From the NCBI GenBank assembly GCA_965113315.1, contig OZ220368.1: 64,000 nucleotides of DNA. One strand, written 5' to 3'. Below are positions 1 to 13,106 of the stretch, piece after piece; positions within the stretch are counted from its first letter, which is position 1, and every line of letters starts with the position of its first letter. The notes under the pieces were generated by a model. The model saw nothing but the letters and a program-made list of their open reading frames with translations, did not search any database and had not been told where the DNA came from. The translations under genes were made by a program, and so were the position numbers. This DNA comes from Podarcis vaucheri (Eukaryota).

Positions 1-423
1 TTTTAGATTCTCCTTCCACAATCTTTCCCAGTCTTCAAATTGTATATTATAACCAAAATCTCTGGCCCAATGTATCATTACCGATTTAACTTCCTCATCC
101 TTCAAGTTCCATTCTAACAACAACTTATACATTTTAGATAAAATTGCTGGCTGACATCCCATTACTGGAGGCAGTGCTGTGTGTGGTTTTCTTGTTTTGT
201 TTAAAGTGAAACGTAATTTGTGTGACTGCCTCCTGGTGCCCACTAATGCACATGGCAGCCGCTTCACACAAGCCAGCTTGTCATGAGCTGGGAGTTGTGC
301 TGCTATCATTTTTAAAGAAACCGTCACACACTTCACCTTCTGCTTCAGGTGTCTGGTTAAAGTTTCTCTCAGTCTGGACTAAGTCCTGTCAGTCACCTTG
401 ACTTTGTTATCTTCCTTCTCTAG

Positions 424-3400
424 AGATGTCAACGCACTCAACCAGAATGACCCCATTGGGAACAACCAGCTGGCCTTAGATGTGGCAGAGCAAGAGCTAG
501 GGATCCCTCCGGTTCTCTCCAGCACTGAAATGGCTTCGATGTCCGAACCTCAGAGGCTTGGCTTGATCACCTACCTGAGCCAGTTTTATGATGCCTTCAA
601 GAACTCTCCAGGTAGGGAGTCCCAAGGAACCCAGTCCTGGGGATTCTCCTACAAGGGGAGTGGGGAACCTTGTTTCCAGGCCTCTGCCTGGTCCTTGGGG
701 ACTCTTCCCAGGCCATTCCAGGTTCAACCTGCAGCATCTCCAGGTAGTTCGGGGACCCCTGAGAAGCTGCTGCCACAGTCCTTGTAGACAGTAGAGTACT
801 GAGCTAGATGGACTAGTATCTGGCAGCTTCCCAAGTTCCTAAACACTGCATTCTCTCTTCCAGAACCAGAAGAGAAAAGTTCAACGCTTCTGTCGACACG
901 TGGTACCAAGGGAGCTATCCTCTTCCTCAGCAAGCTTCAGAAAAGTCTCTCTCTTTCACGTAAACGTGCCCTGGTGAGTCTCTCTCCAAAGCCATTGCTA
1001 GCCCATCACCAGACATTCCCAGCAGTGTGTTTGTTTGTGCCTTATGTGCTGGCTAATGGCCCTTTGGCAGCTGGTATGATCTCTTCCCAGATCACTCTAG
1101 CCCTACCCATTTTCAGATGTCCCTAGTACAGGATCGGGGCGGGCAGTGGGGGTTACGTTTATTGCAGGAGCAAAGTGTCTTTGGCCTTCTGTCTTTTCTG
1201 CTGCTCCAAAGTCATAATTTTTGATTGCAGGAGAGCTCTGCAGTGGATGACCAAGCCAAAAAGACCAAGCAAGAGGCTGGGGTAAGTTCTTCTGTCATTG
1301 CACTTTGGGGCTCATCTGGTACTAGACAAGTTTTGGAGGATGTTGTATGTGATGATTCCACATGGAAGGTACTGGCTTGAAAAAATGAACATGAAATCTG
1401 CACGTGGATCATAGTATACCAAACTCCTGTGGTATTTCACTGCCTGCGGGAAGCTTTAGCCATCTGCAGTTTCCCACTGCATGAATATACGGGGGGGGGG
1501 GACTTTTGAGTGCGGCATCTTCACACATTATAGTTACATTTTGGGTTTCCTGTGAATTTCTACATGGAAATGCCTTTATTGCAGGAATATGGTTATGTGT
1601 GAAGTTAACATTAGATATGTCTGGGTCCAGAGTAGTGATGGGAATGGATATTCATTGCTTCTGAAAATTCATTGCTTCTGAAAAATTCCATTTTTTAATC
1701 CAGTCTGTATTTCAGGGAGTTTCATTTAAGGAAACTCCATAACCCTCCTTATTTGAGTCATTGCTATTGACTCTGTAGATTTTCTGACCTTTTAACACAT
1801 GATGGGAAATCCAGTGCATGCAGTTTATTGACTGCAACTGCCACATGACTAATATAACTTTAAGACTGCAGTTCAAAGACTGATCCCGTGGGTCAAATTC
1901 CACCTGTGAAAATTGGAACTCAAATATCATTTGGGAAATCCCACCCTGCCTCAGTTCCAATTTGAACTTTGCTGTGGCCCACCACAAATTTATTTTTAAG
2001 TGCTCAACGAAACATTGATTTCCTCCCTTTTCACACAAAACGTTGCACCAGAATTCTGGCTGGAAGGATACACTGGAGGCAAGTAACAGTTGCGAGGAAT
2101 TTGGATGCTGCCTACGAAGGCTGACCACTTGCACATACTCAGGTGGCTGCTGAATGTTCCTCCCTGTATCAGGCTGCAGGCTGCTAGCTCTCATGCATAA
2201 GCCAAGCTGAAACAGCTGTTAGGTCTGGAAGAAGCCAGATGTAACTGGGCAAAAAACAAAGATTTTTATTGCATTCATCTGCTGGTTACATACTGGCAGC
2301 TCTCTTCTCTTGAGACGCAAACCCGCCCTTCCTCTTATCTGACGGAAAGGAATGACTTGCTGGACCTTGCAGCCATTGTCTTGTTGAGGTTGTTTTCTTG
2401 GAGAAAGACATTGGAATGTAACTTGTAATGCTGCCGGATACGTTTATCTCACTCTGGATGGAGTGCGGTCATCGCTAGATGTCGGAGGCAGAGAGGCCAG
2501 AGGGCTGTTACCATTAACGGGGATGGGGGACCAGCGGCTCTCCCAGATGTTGTTGGATTGCAACTCCCATCATCCCAGCCAGAGCTCAGGGATCATGAGA
2601 GTTGTAGTCCAACAACTTGTGGATATTTGTTAATGTGTCTCATTGGGCTGAACCACGTATTTTGAAACCAAAGCACAAGATGACTTGGAACGTGTGGTCT
2701 TAAAGGTGTTGGTTTTTTGGCAGAGCCCTGTCACCTCCTCGAGCAGCGATGCCTGCTATTTCTGTGGAGATCGTGTGTACATCCTGGAGCGAGTCAGCGC
2801 GGAGGGATGCTTCTTCCACCGTGGCTGTTTCAAGTGTCGCCGCTGCAAGACGACACTGCGCCTGGGGGACTACGCCTTCAATGAAGATGACGGTGAGTGG
2901 AGCTGAGAAGACGTAGTTGGTTAGCCTGAATGGCACAGCCGTCAGTGCAGACGGGGGCATTGATTTCTCTGAAATCCAAACTGGCTGCCTTTCTTTGCAT
3001 TGTGTCTCTACTTCCTGCAAGTGCATATCAAGATTCATTTGCGCCATTTGCTTTTATTCTCCTTGAGGTATCTGAATCTGCCCTGGCAGTCATGTTTATT
3101 GGCAAGTCAGGTGAATGCAAGCAACATACCCTACCTGATTATGGCTGTCTTGATTTTACTCCTAGGTAATTTCTACTGCATGCTGCACTGTCCTACCTCC
3201 GAGGACATAACTACACCCAGCAGCACAACCTCTGTCAGAGCAGCACGTAAGGTGAGTGGGATGGATGCCTTCTCAGAATTGGAGGCATTTGGTACTGACT
3301 AGCAAGGCAGCTCCCTAGCTGATAATTAACCTAGTAACTCTGTCCAGTAGCGTATTCCATGTTACTTCCTGTCACGCTCATGGGCGACAGCCTTGCAACT

Positions 3401-6400
3401 TGCTTGCTTGGAAAACCGGCTTTTTTGTCTCCCTAGGATTCCTCCAAACTCCTCATTCCTTCAGACAAAGGCATTCTGGACTTGGCTGCCGAGGACAATA
3501 AGATGGAAAAGGGTCCATATCAACCACGCCTGGATGAGAACCTGCTGTCTTTCGAAGATCAGCTGCCAACAGGTGAACCTGCAGAACTACATAAATCAGC
3601 TGCTGAAGGCCACAGCTTACTCCCAGCCAGAGTAAATGGAGGCTTTTGTACTATGAACTCATCCTGGCATCCACATCGTCAACCATTACTGGAGGTGGAC
3701 AAGAAGTTGGCGGACTCTGTTTCTGAGGCTGGTTTAACTTCAGAGGTTGTAGGTGAAGGCAGAGATGGAAACAAGGCCAGTCCAAAAAGAGAGAGACTTG
3801 AACCAGAAAATTGGACTGGCAGCCAGTCCCAAGAAGAGACACGTGACAGCCTGGTGACAGGAATTCAAGGAACTGATACAGATCCTTTTCTTTCTGGAAA
3901 GGTGCCAACTGCTCAGAGCCCCAAACTAGAACAGAAGGAGTGTGAAAATCTCCCAAAGAAAAAGATTTGCTTGTCAGCCCTGGAAAAGCTTGAGTTATCC
4001 CGACTGAGTCCAATATCAGCCTCATTTCACTTTCCAGATATGAAAATAGAAGAACCCAGCTTCAGCACCATCTCAGAAGGTTGTTTTATTTATATATCAT
4101 ATGCCTTATCCCAAAAGTTTGGGGCAGACCATAAACATGGGAGGAAACCTCACCAAAACAGAACATGCGAGCCATTGAAATGGCTCCCCCACCTTTGATT
4201 TTAAACCTAAGTGTCAAAGGCCATGCTCAGCTGTCACCATGTGCTCTTTCCTGTACAGCTGCATATGGCTTCAGGGCTTCCTGAGTAGCATATCCATTTG
4301 TGTGTGCTGTGCGATGTTCATCCTGCTCACATGGGATTTCTCCACCGTGCAATCCCATATTAAAACACATTATTTTTTGTGACATTGAAGATTTAGCTTG
4401 TTGCTTCTGAAACGGAAGCCTTTGGGCTGTTAGCAGATCAGAGTTGCCTTCATTGTGGCCCAGAGAGCTGTTTACTCTGGTCCACTTCCATGGTAGTGTC
4501 TTCTAATAAACCCTCATCCTTTAAGATGAGGTGGTTTAAGTAGGTGGTGCTGGCAGCAGCAGCAGCAGCATTCTCCACATTGCCTGCTTAATCGAACTCA
4601 CATAGCTTGCCAGACCCATTTCTGTTCTTCGACATGGGAGTTAACCCTCCCATATTGTGCTTTCCTGTTATCTTTCTTAACCTTTGTCCTCTTTCTGGAG
4701 ACCATAAAACAGGAAGCACGTGCCCTGTTCTGTTAATGCTTCATAAATGTTTAAGGGCTATACTACCAGCATCCACTGGTCTCTATGGAACAGTTTTGTT
4801 TTGGGTCTCAGATCACTGCAGTACTAAATGGTGATGAGGAATTTCATTGTTAGCAGCGTTGGGCCCAGATTTTGATTGGTACAGAAGTAATTCTACCTTC
4901 ACTGCCCGTATAAAAGAAGTGAACATAGCATCAATGTGCCTGCTTCCCCACTTCATTATATAAAACCAGTTCTTCTCTTGGATATCTCTAGCTATAAAAG
5001 AAAGCTTCACTCCACCCCCAGCCCCCAAATCACCCTTTAATTTATGCCGTCATTCCACAAGTCACTGGAATGAAATATTTTTCTCTTGTCCTTTTTTTGA
5101 CAGATTCTCTGGAGATTGACAGTGACAGTGAAGAGGAAGAAGAGGAGGAAGAAACAATAAGCCAAGATCTTGCAGCATATATTGTGAGTGTAGAAGCCCA
5201 AACTTCAATTCCACCACAGCAGACAAGCACGACTCAAGCCACTTTCAGGACCATTTTCAGTAACTCAGGAGGGCTGTGTTATCATCACGACATCCAAACA
5301 TAGCAAAACTGGGATAGCTCAGTTGGTAGAGCATAAGACTTTTAATCTCAGTGTCCTGGGTTCGAGCCCTGTGTTGGGCAAGATTCCTGATTTGAAGGGG
5401 TTGGACTAGATCACCCTTGTGGTCCTTTCCAATTTCAATTCTCTGCTTTTAACAGCAGGAAAGCATTTTCTTTCGGTTTTTCACATAATCTCTTCAGCAA
5501 ATCATGGGATTCCTCTCACCACCGCATCTCTCAGAACCCTTCTGTTAACTCTACTTCTTTTTCTCTTCCCTCTCCAAAAAAATCCACTTTTCTCCCTCTC
5601 TGTAGCTCCTTTTTTGTTGTTTTCTGATTCAACAGGCTCACCTTCTCTCTTCTTTTTCTGTCTCTAGCCTGTTAATTTTTGTGTTTATATATTTTTTAAA
5701 AATATGCATCCCATCATTTGCTCTTCTCCCCCTATACTGTTACAAGTTTCTCCGCATCTGTTACCCCACTTCTCTTTCCTTACCCTACAGGTTTCTCTGT
5801 ATACCCCCATCTTCATTCTCCTTTTCTTCCCCACACCCCTCCCACTGCCCCATCTCCTCCATCTCACTGGCAACAGGCCACAAGTCTTTCACACTCCCAG
5901 CACTTCCAATCAACAAAGGGAGTCTCAGAAGTAGTTGGCCAAGTGGTGTGGCTGGTTGGAAGCTCCAGTAGGCACCTTGTTATCCATGGAGCTCCTCCCT
6001 ATCCCCAGTTTGGATGGGTGGTGCTAGGCCCTAAATTTATGACACACGATCTGGAAAAGGACCACAGATGAATATTTGGAATTCCCCCTCAAGGGGGCTG
6101 CAATTGGCTTGGGGGTCTGTAAGAATAGCAGCAGACATCCGTGTTCTGAAAGGATGACTAACAAGAACCTCACAAAGCCCTCTCCATTTTGCATTCTGGG
6201 CATGGTCCTGTCTACACAAGTTTTGACTGGAGAGTGAGTCACTCTGTCAAGACTTCTTGCAGCTGCAGGGTAGGCCAGACTTAGACTCTGAGCATTAAGT
6301 TGCTCTCGATTTTGCGATAACAATTCACTCGTCTTTTCCCCAGTGATGTCATACCAGGCACCTTGGGCTTGTGTATTTATTTTTGTACTTTCTTGTAAAG

Positions 6401-9400
6401 GGGCTGGGTCACTGTTGGTTATAGCTGCAAAGTATGCAGTAGCCTAGCCTTAAACTGTGGCTGCAGTTTAGATGGTGGACAGCGGCTTTTAAAAACATCT
6501 CATTTGATTCTTGCTTGTGTGTTGTGGCTGCAGCATTTCCTGAGCTTCACTGAAGAACCTCAGTATCCAACGTGGAAGAAGACACTGATGCGACGAGCCA
6601 AAGAGGCGCAAATGAAAAGGTTCTGCAAAGCGCAGGTAATACTTGCATGCTCCGCTGGTGGACGGGCATTGATACTTTTACAGGGATCGTCCCAGTGAGG
6701 AATGGGGCTGCAGAAATTAAGGGTGGAAGCTTCAGATACCTTGCAGCCTGCTATTTCACATCTCAGGCCCCGAGGCTGTTAGGTGTCTCTAGAGATTCTC
6801 CCTGTTATTATAAACAGCTGCACACTTTATGTGGTGAATGTTTGCTTGCATATATCCAAGCTTTACTACCATTTCCCAGAGAAAATTCATTATGTAGACA
6901 TCCAGCTGTTCCAGGAAGGGTTTCCAGCACACGAATGCTTAAAGATTCACTTGGGGTGGGGAATCACCCTTGTTGTGTTTCCTACATAAAATGGGGAGCT
7001 GCCCTACACCAGGACTAATGATATGTGACACTGTTGACCTGTATAAAAAGTATTATTTAATGGATTTCTAATATGCCCTTACACACACACATACACACCC
7101 TTCCAAGCTGGATTGTAACAAATGAACGAATGACTAAAAGACAGTGTTCACTTCTAATGTGAAATAGCCCATATCCACTGACTTGATAGTACCAGTTCCT
7201 GGCTTTAGTATCACCCATGCATCACCTATTTTCTCCACCTTGGAGCCCTCTTCCTGTTAATTTAGATGTAAACTCTCACTTAGCTTCCCCCCACTTTTCC
7301 TCTTGTACCCTAGTTGCTCCCACTGTTAATGCCCCACCCCATATAAGTAGGTTAGGCTTCCTGAAACTGGAATGTGATGCACTTCAGAACATTGGGAGGA
7401 TAACTCCCATGAATCCCAGCCCCAGAAGATTGGACCAGGTTCTTAATTAATCTTTATACCGTTTTACTGGTTTTTATGTTGTATTTTTTCATACCGCTTA
7501 GAGATGTTAAAGTAGGGTCGAGGTTTAGAAATGCTTTTAATTAATAAAACATCTCAAGCAGACCTGCTTCTGGAAGGGTGTATATAACTACTGTGTACTG
7601 CAGGTTTTGGTGTCTTCGGGTGTCTTCCCGTGTAAGAGTCGGGGTGTCTGTGCGACGTTTCGACGAGGTCTCACTCGTCATCTTCAGGCTGGTGCTTTCG
7701 GCTTCTTGTTACTGGAACAGAACTACTGTGTACTGTATATATACAGTTGAAGCTCACAGGTGCAGGATGTTTGGGTTACGTGGAAATGGTGTGCTGCTTC
7801 CTGTGCCGAAACACCTTCTGTGTGAAGCCCTAGGTTGACTATTTTGCTCATTCAACTAAATGGTATAATGTATTTCAAAATTTAATTTATAGAACTGTAT
7901 GAGCGTGATGATTATAATAGTTATAAATCCTTTGTGAGTTATTTCACAACAGTTGATAGGTTCTAAACTGTTGCAAATGGTACGCACATATAAAGTTAAT
8001 GGCAGAAATATTCAAGAGACTGTAAAATGACTAAATTACACTTATAGTCTTAAGTAGCCTGTACATCCACAGTTTCAGGTGCAGGAGGGATTGGATCATG
8101 CCCTTAGATTTTTAATGATGTAACACACGGGCATTTTTTGCTTCACAGACAATCATAAGCACTGCCAGGTTTTGCCAAAAAGTGTACTACTACCCTATAA
8201 GAGTTCCTGCCAGCTATTCTGGGAAGCTACCCACCCGTGCTTGGGTTCCTCTTCCTTACACTTTGAAATGCTTTCTTGATTTGACCAACTCTTTATTTCT
8301 TGGGCATTCCAGTCAATCCAGAGGAGGCTGGAAGAGATTGAAGTGACTTTCCGAGAGCTTGAACAACAGGGCATAGAGCTGGAGCGATCTCTGCGGGAAG
8401 AGAGAGGTAAGAGCCTGGGCTTCCGCCAAGAGAGATGGGGGTGAGGCTGCAGCCTATGGATAATACATGCAATGGCAGCTGTACTCCAGGGATAACTTCT
8501 TCCCTCCTTTATCCTCCAGGAACAGACGCTGAACTAAAACAATGGATGAACCAGCTGCTTTCCCTGGTCCAAAAGAAGAACAGCCTGATGTGCGAGGAGT
8601 CTGACCTCATGATTGCGTAAGAGACCCAGCCTCTCATAGTTTTGAGACCTGGTACTCATGTCAGTTCTGATCACAGGGGAGTTGGTACAGCACTGCTCCT
8701 TCCTGTACTATCACATGTAGTACTCAGTTTTTCTTGCTACCCCAGTGGCATCCTTCTGGTTCCTGCGCTACCTTGAATGCCGTTAACAACTCAACCTAGT
8801 TCATATTCAGAGTGCTGGAAGATGGTGTGTCACACAGACAGCATGAATAGAACTACTGTGCCAGTCAAGGGTGGGGAAGGGAGGTTAAGGGGTTTAGAGT
8901 TGCTCTTGGACTTACTAGCAGATCTTAGTCCCCTAAGCCATTTTAAAAAGTCGTTTTTGTCCCCTTTCCTTGCTTGGTTTTTAAACAGCTAGCTCATTTG
9001 AAACAAAACACATACAGCTGGCAGAATGTGACATACACCAGCCTTTCATTGGACCACAGCTCCCATCATCCCTGTCCACTGGCCACATGAGCTGGGGCTG
9101 ATGGGAGCTTGAGTCCAGCAACATCTGGGAGGCTGATGCAGACCAGCAGTGGGAATTCTGAGAATGAACCCATGCAAAGTTGGCACTGGACCAGACCTTA
9201 TGTTGAAAGTCTGCCATGTGTATATAGAAGAACTACTCCCCTGGTAATGTTCTGTAGATAGAAAGGCCTCTGTAAACTGCAGAAGTATTGGCTATCTCCC
9301 GGAGAACAGGACCTTTCCCTGGGAAGCTCCAGTTAGACAAGGCAGACATGCCTTATTCATTACTACTTTAACTCCTGCCCAATAGTCTGTTCTTAATGAG

Positions 9401-10662
9401 GCTTAAAGTATATGGATATTTGAGCTGACAGTATACAGAGGACTGTTACTAACAAAGGGAGAATCAATTGGAAGACTTCTCAAGAGTGGATCTTGTATAC
9501 TATCATGAGCTTCTCAATTATAAATGACCAAAGTTCTCAGTTGTTGTTTTTTACCCCATAGGGTGCAAGAGCTGAAACTAGAGGAACAGCAGTGCCAACT
9601 GGATCATGAGCTGCGCCAATACGATAATATGGATGGTAAGAGAGAGTATAAGGGGTCCAGGTTTATACTAGGAAATGCAGAGAAACTCTAGAAATGCTTG
9701 CCAAGCTAAGTGGGAGCATATTTTTATTCATTCACAGAATTGATTACTGTAAATCAATTGATTGAATGAATGAGGGGAGGAAAAGGTCATTTAGGATGGA
9801 TACACGAAGCAGAAGCTTGCTACCCTGCTATTTACTATATCTGATTCTCTTGGGCTTTAAGCTAGTTGGCAAAGGAACCCAAGTCTCTTGCATCAAGCAG
9901 AATTTTTTAATGCACTCAGTTATGCCTGCTGTATTCTAGTTAGAGCCCGTTAGCCAAGTTAATGAACTCTGGCATCTTATATGTACCTGCTTCTAATGGA
10001 AAACCTGAGTACCATTGCAGAAAGCAGTGCATGTGATTCCTGCCCACCCCCTGCTAACTTAGCATGGATTAATTATTCAAACTTTGAACCAGCTCCTTTG
10101 TTCTCATGATCTGTTGTTAGGGTTAGATATTTTCATTGTGTGTATAGAATGTTTCTAAATACGCACTGGTGATGGAGAAGACGGGGTATGTGGATTAATT
10201 TGTCCTAAACAGAATGCAATTCTGGGAATGTCATAATGGAGACAAGCTGTCTGCCTGATTTCACTTAACTGTTGAGAAGAATTAAATATACAGACGCTAA
10301 ACAGAGATTTCATTCACAGCAGGGGTTGGGAGCCTGTGACTCTCCAGATTGTTGGGACTACAATTCCTGGCCAATGGGCAGAGATAATTTGAGATGCAGT
10401 CATGTAATATGTGGATGACCACAGGCTCCCTGTTTTCTATGCCATAATAGTGACTGACTTTGAGCCGCATTTTTTTTTTGTGTGTGTGTTTTTTAAAGAG
10501 ACTTCAAAAACCCTAGAGGACCAGCTGAAAGAGAAGGAGATCCTGTCCCAGCTGCTGGAGGTTGTGAACCAGCGCAGTGCCCTAATTGAGATGCAGGAGA
10601 AGAAGCGTCTCAGTGAGCTTTACGAGCACGGACCAGCATTTGGGGACCTTGGGAAGATTTGA
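424..10662 (+). CDS. MICAL1: MICAL1 (F-actin monooxygenase), 3' portion; 5' exons lie upstream of the window
   Basis: Exons 424-611, 864-973, 1231-1281, 2724-2892, 3166-3251, 3437-4079, 5104-5183, 6534-6635, 8313-8406, 8520-8616, 9562-9635, 10499-10662 (TGA); all AG/GT bounded with matching phases. Peptides: CH end (ALDVAEQELGIPPVLS...LITYLSQFYDAF), AILFLSKLQ, LIM (CYFCGDRVYILER...FHRGCFKCRRC...FYCMLH), YPTWKKTLMRRAKEAQMKRFCKAQ, QLLSLVQKKNSL, LLEVVNQRSALIEMQEKKRLSEL, all MICAL1-like. The 1231-1281 and 3437-4079 boundaries are less certain. Confidence 0.93.
715..842 (+). mobile_element. Old squamate tRNA-derived SINE fragment
   Basis: ccaggttcaa..gcatctccaggtag..gagaagctgctgcca..tactgagctagatggac..ggcagcttcc..gttcct; related degraded copies at ~12715-12870 and ~41288-41392. 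Confidence 0.55.
2724..2892 (+). CDS. MICAL1: MICAL1 LIM-domain exon
   Basis: ttggcag|AGCCCT...GACG|gtgagt; C-x2-C...H-x2-C-x2-C-x2-C zinc-ligand pattern, completed by GNFYCMLH in exon 3166-3251. Confidence 0.93.
5306..5445 (+). mobile_element. tRNA-Lys-derived SINE with CR1-like 3' tail
   Basis: Head ggatagctcagttggtagagcataagacttttaatct...gggttcgagccc resembles tRNA-Lys(TTT), but the acceptor stem does not pair; it runs into ggttggactagatcacccttgtggtcctttccaa, matching the CR1 3' end at 37885-37960. Confidence 0.8.
7601..7720 (-). mobile_element. 120-bp Penelope-like retroelement fragment with hammerhead-like core, flanked by 15-bp direct repeats
   Basis: aactactgtgtactg at 7586-7600 and 7721-7735; minus strand contains CTGAAGA-T-GACGAG-tgagac-CTCGTC-GAAA-CG-TC. 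Confidence 0.7.
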
Positions 10663-11910
10663 GAGTTGGCTATATTGAAGCTTTTGTCTTCGTGCAAAAG
10701 CTACATTTTAACACAAGTTCCGTTTTAACACGTATCTGCAGAGGACTGGTTGATCTTCAGCAAAGATCTGTCCGAGGCACCCCAGCAATAATGAAGGCCA
10801 AGGTGCTGGCTGCAGCTCTGTGCTGTAAGCATCAGGCACTTCAGTGAGTTCGTTCATTAGCAGCCTAGGTCAGCTGCCTGGGATTGAGTCCCTCCCCACC
10901 CCCCCAGATTAGTGTTTGGTAGCTGCTATTAGGTGTAAGGAGAACAAGCCTGACCTTGATGCGAGTGTTTTTAAGTAGTAAGACTGGAAATATGGCCCTT
11001 TTTATTTTATTCTTTTTGCCAATAAGTGATTTCATTATAGTGTGTCTTAAGATTGTCCTCCAAATTCTTCTTTACACTGGCTACAGGGAGACAACATTGC
11101 ACATGTAACTATCTATAGCTGCCTGCGTTCTCCCCTATGAAAAAGGCCTCGCTTAGCAGGACAGCTCCTCTTTCATGCCACTTCAGGCAGCTGCAGTGTT
11201 TGCCACTTGGGTAGTAGGGGGCTGCTGCTGTGCAAGCGAGCATTTCTGCCTTCACCCAAGCTCCAGCAGGGCAATATTACTTGCACCTCCCACTCCCAAA
11301 CTAGCATGAGATATTTGGAGGGGCATAAATGCTAAATAATTTAATATATAAACCAGGTGTAGGGAACCTGTGCCCCCCACCCAGTGTTGTTGGGACTACA
11401 ACTCCCATAATCCCTGATCATTGGCTGGATCTGAAGGGAGTTGGGAATCCCAACAACACTAGCAAGGCCTTTCTAATATAAACAGTTTACAGGGTATTAC
11501 TAGGGAGGGGGCACAGACCTGTCAGTTGGATGAGCAAGGCTGCATGCAGCCTGCCAGGAATTATAATAAAAAACAGCACGGCCACTGGAGAAGTGTGATC
11601 CTGTCACACAGTATCTGGATAGGCATCTTTGCCACTCACACTCTACTTACATGTGTAATGGATTGCCAGCTATAAAACCACACAGGTGTGGTCTGAATAT
11701 AGTATCCCAAAGCAATAAAAGAACAGCCACTAGAGAAGAATTAGGGGCGCTGTTTCATCACCACAAACTGCTCCTGCAGCAAGCCCCTTTACAGAACCAG
11801 GGTCAGACCTCTGCGGCTGAGGAGATGGCTACCTGTTAGAACCAGAAGCCTGCCATGCCTGAACTGCTGTTAAGCCACAGCTCTTTTTACGGGCTGTGTG
11901 CTCCTCTTTC

Positions 11911-11916
11911 AATAAA
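11911..11916 (+). terminator. Candidate MICAL1 polyadenylation signal
   Basis: AATAAA ~1.25 kb after the stop, followed by GT/T-rich sequence (gtgttgtcctgcctttt); a second AATAAA at 11714-11719. Confidence 0.5.
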
Positions 11917-13100
11917 GATGCATGGAGTGAGCTGGAAGTGTTGTCCTGCCTTTTCTCACCCAAGCTAATTTAACACAAGAAAAGAAGATATCCCACAGGT
12001 ATCTTCTGAAGTTTTCTTGGGCTCTACTAAACTTTTTGAGAAGACAACTGTGATCCCTGCCTTTCTCTCACTAAATGAGAACAGCATGGAAGGGCACATA
12101 ATGAAAGATATGCAGGTAATGTGCCCAGATGGGAGAAACCTCAATGAAAGCTGCTCTGAACCCTTTGAGGAAGAGCAGGTTACCGGTTAAGCTTATAAAC
12201 AAACACTCACATGTATCAAAAAGATGCTGTTCTAGGCTGGACATGATTACCTACATGCTTTTACAGACCTGTCTGCTATCTGGGCTATTTGCATGCAGCC
12301 TCTCACAATGTTCTCAATGTAACCGTGGTTGACAACTACGTCTTCAGTAACACACCAAACACATTTTCTGCCTGCTAGATGAGAAGTACTTTTTGCCAGC
12401 TTGGCACAATGAAGAGGGGCATGGGGTGGTAGGATGGGGGTCATCCATGGTAAGAAAAATATATCTACATACCAAAAGTAGGATTCCTGGTCTCATTTGC
12501 ATATAGGTCTCCATCTCTCCCAAGATGTTTTAAGCCGCTAAAAGGGTGAAATTCAGCCTGAAGACTGCTAATCCCAGCTTTACAGTTTGCCGCGGATGTC
12601 AAAGGAGGGCTTTTCCAACAGAAGAGAGTATTTAAGAGATTTTTTAAAAAGACTCACAATTTCATAATAGGCTACTAAGAACTGAAGGCTAGCTCCTTAG
12701 CTGAGAGCCAAAAATGCTCAGTGGCTTAACATGTCTTTTACATGCAGGTCGCAGGGTGAGACTGGCATCTGCAGATTCCCAGGATCTTAGGCAAGACAGC
12801 TGGGAAAATGCCCCCTGAGACCCTGGAGGCCTGCATGGTTCAATGGTTTGACTTGTTAGGAAGCAGCTACACCAGCCTTAAGCTTGCTGGCTGGACTGCA
12901 GCAAGCCCTTTAGCATCACTCCCCCCCCCCCAAGAAATGCAAACAACAGTAATCTACTTCACAAGAGCTGCAGGAAGTATGATGTCAGTGAAAGGATTTT
13001 GGTACATTCAAGTGCTAAGCAAGCAATTAAAAAAAGGGTTTCAAGAAAAAGAATTTCACCAGTAAATGCTACTTTCTGCTCTGTTGTATTTGAAGACTGA

Positions 13101-13106
13101 TTTATT
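13101..13106 (-). terminator. Candidate SMPD2 polyadenylation signal
   Basis: tttatt on + (AATAAA on -) ~450 nt after the SMPD2 stop; an alternative at 13375-13380. Confidence 0.5.

Noticed and set aside
1650-1683. 17-bp tandem duplication attcattgcttctgaaa x2
   Set aside because: Ordinary slippage duplication in an intron
5306-5378. Functional tRNA-Lys(TTT) gene
   Set aside because: Acceptor stem does not pair, there is no oligo-T terminator, and it runs into a CR1-like tail; it is a SINE head
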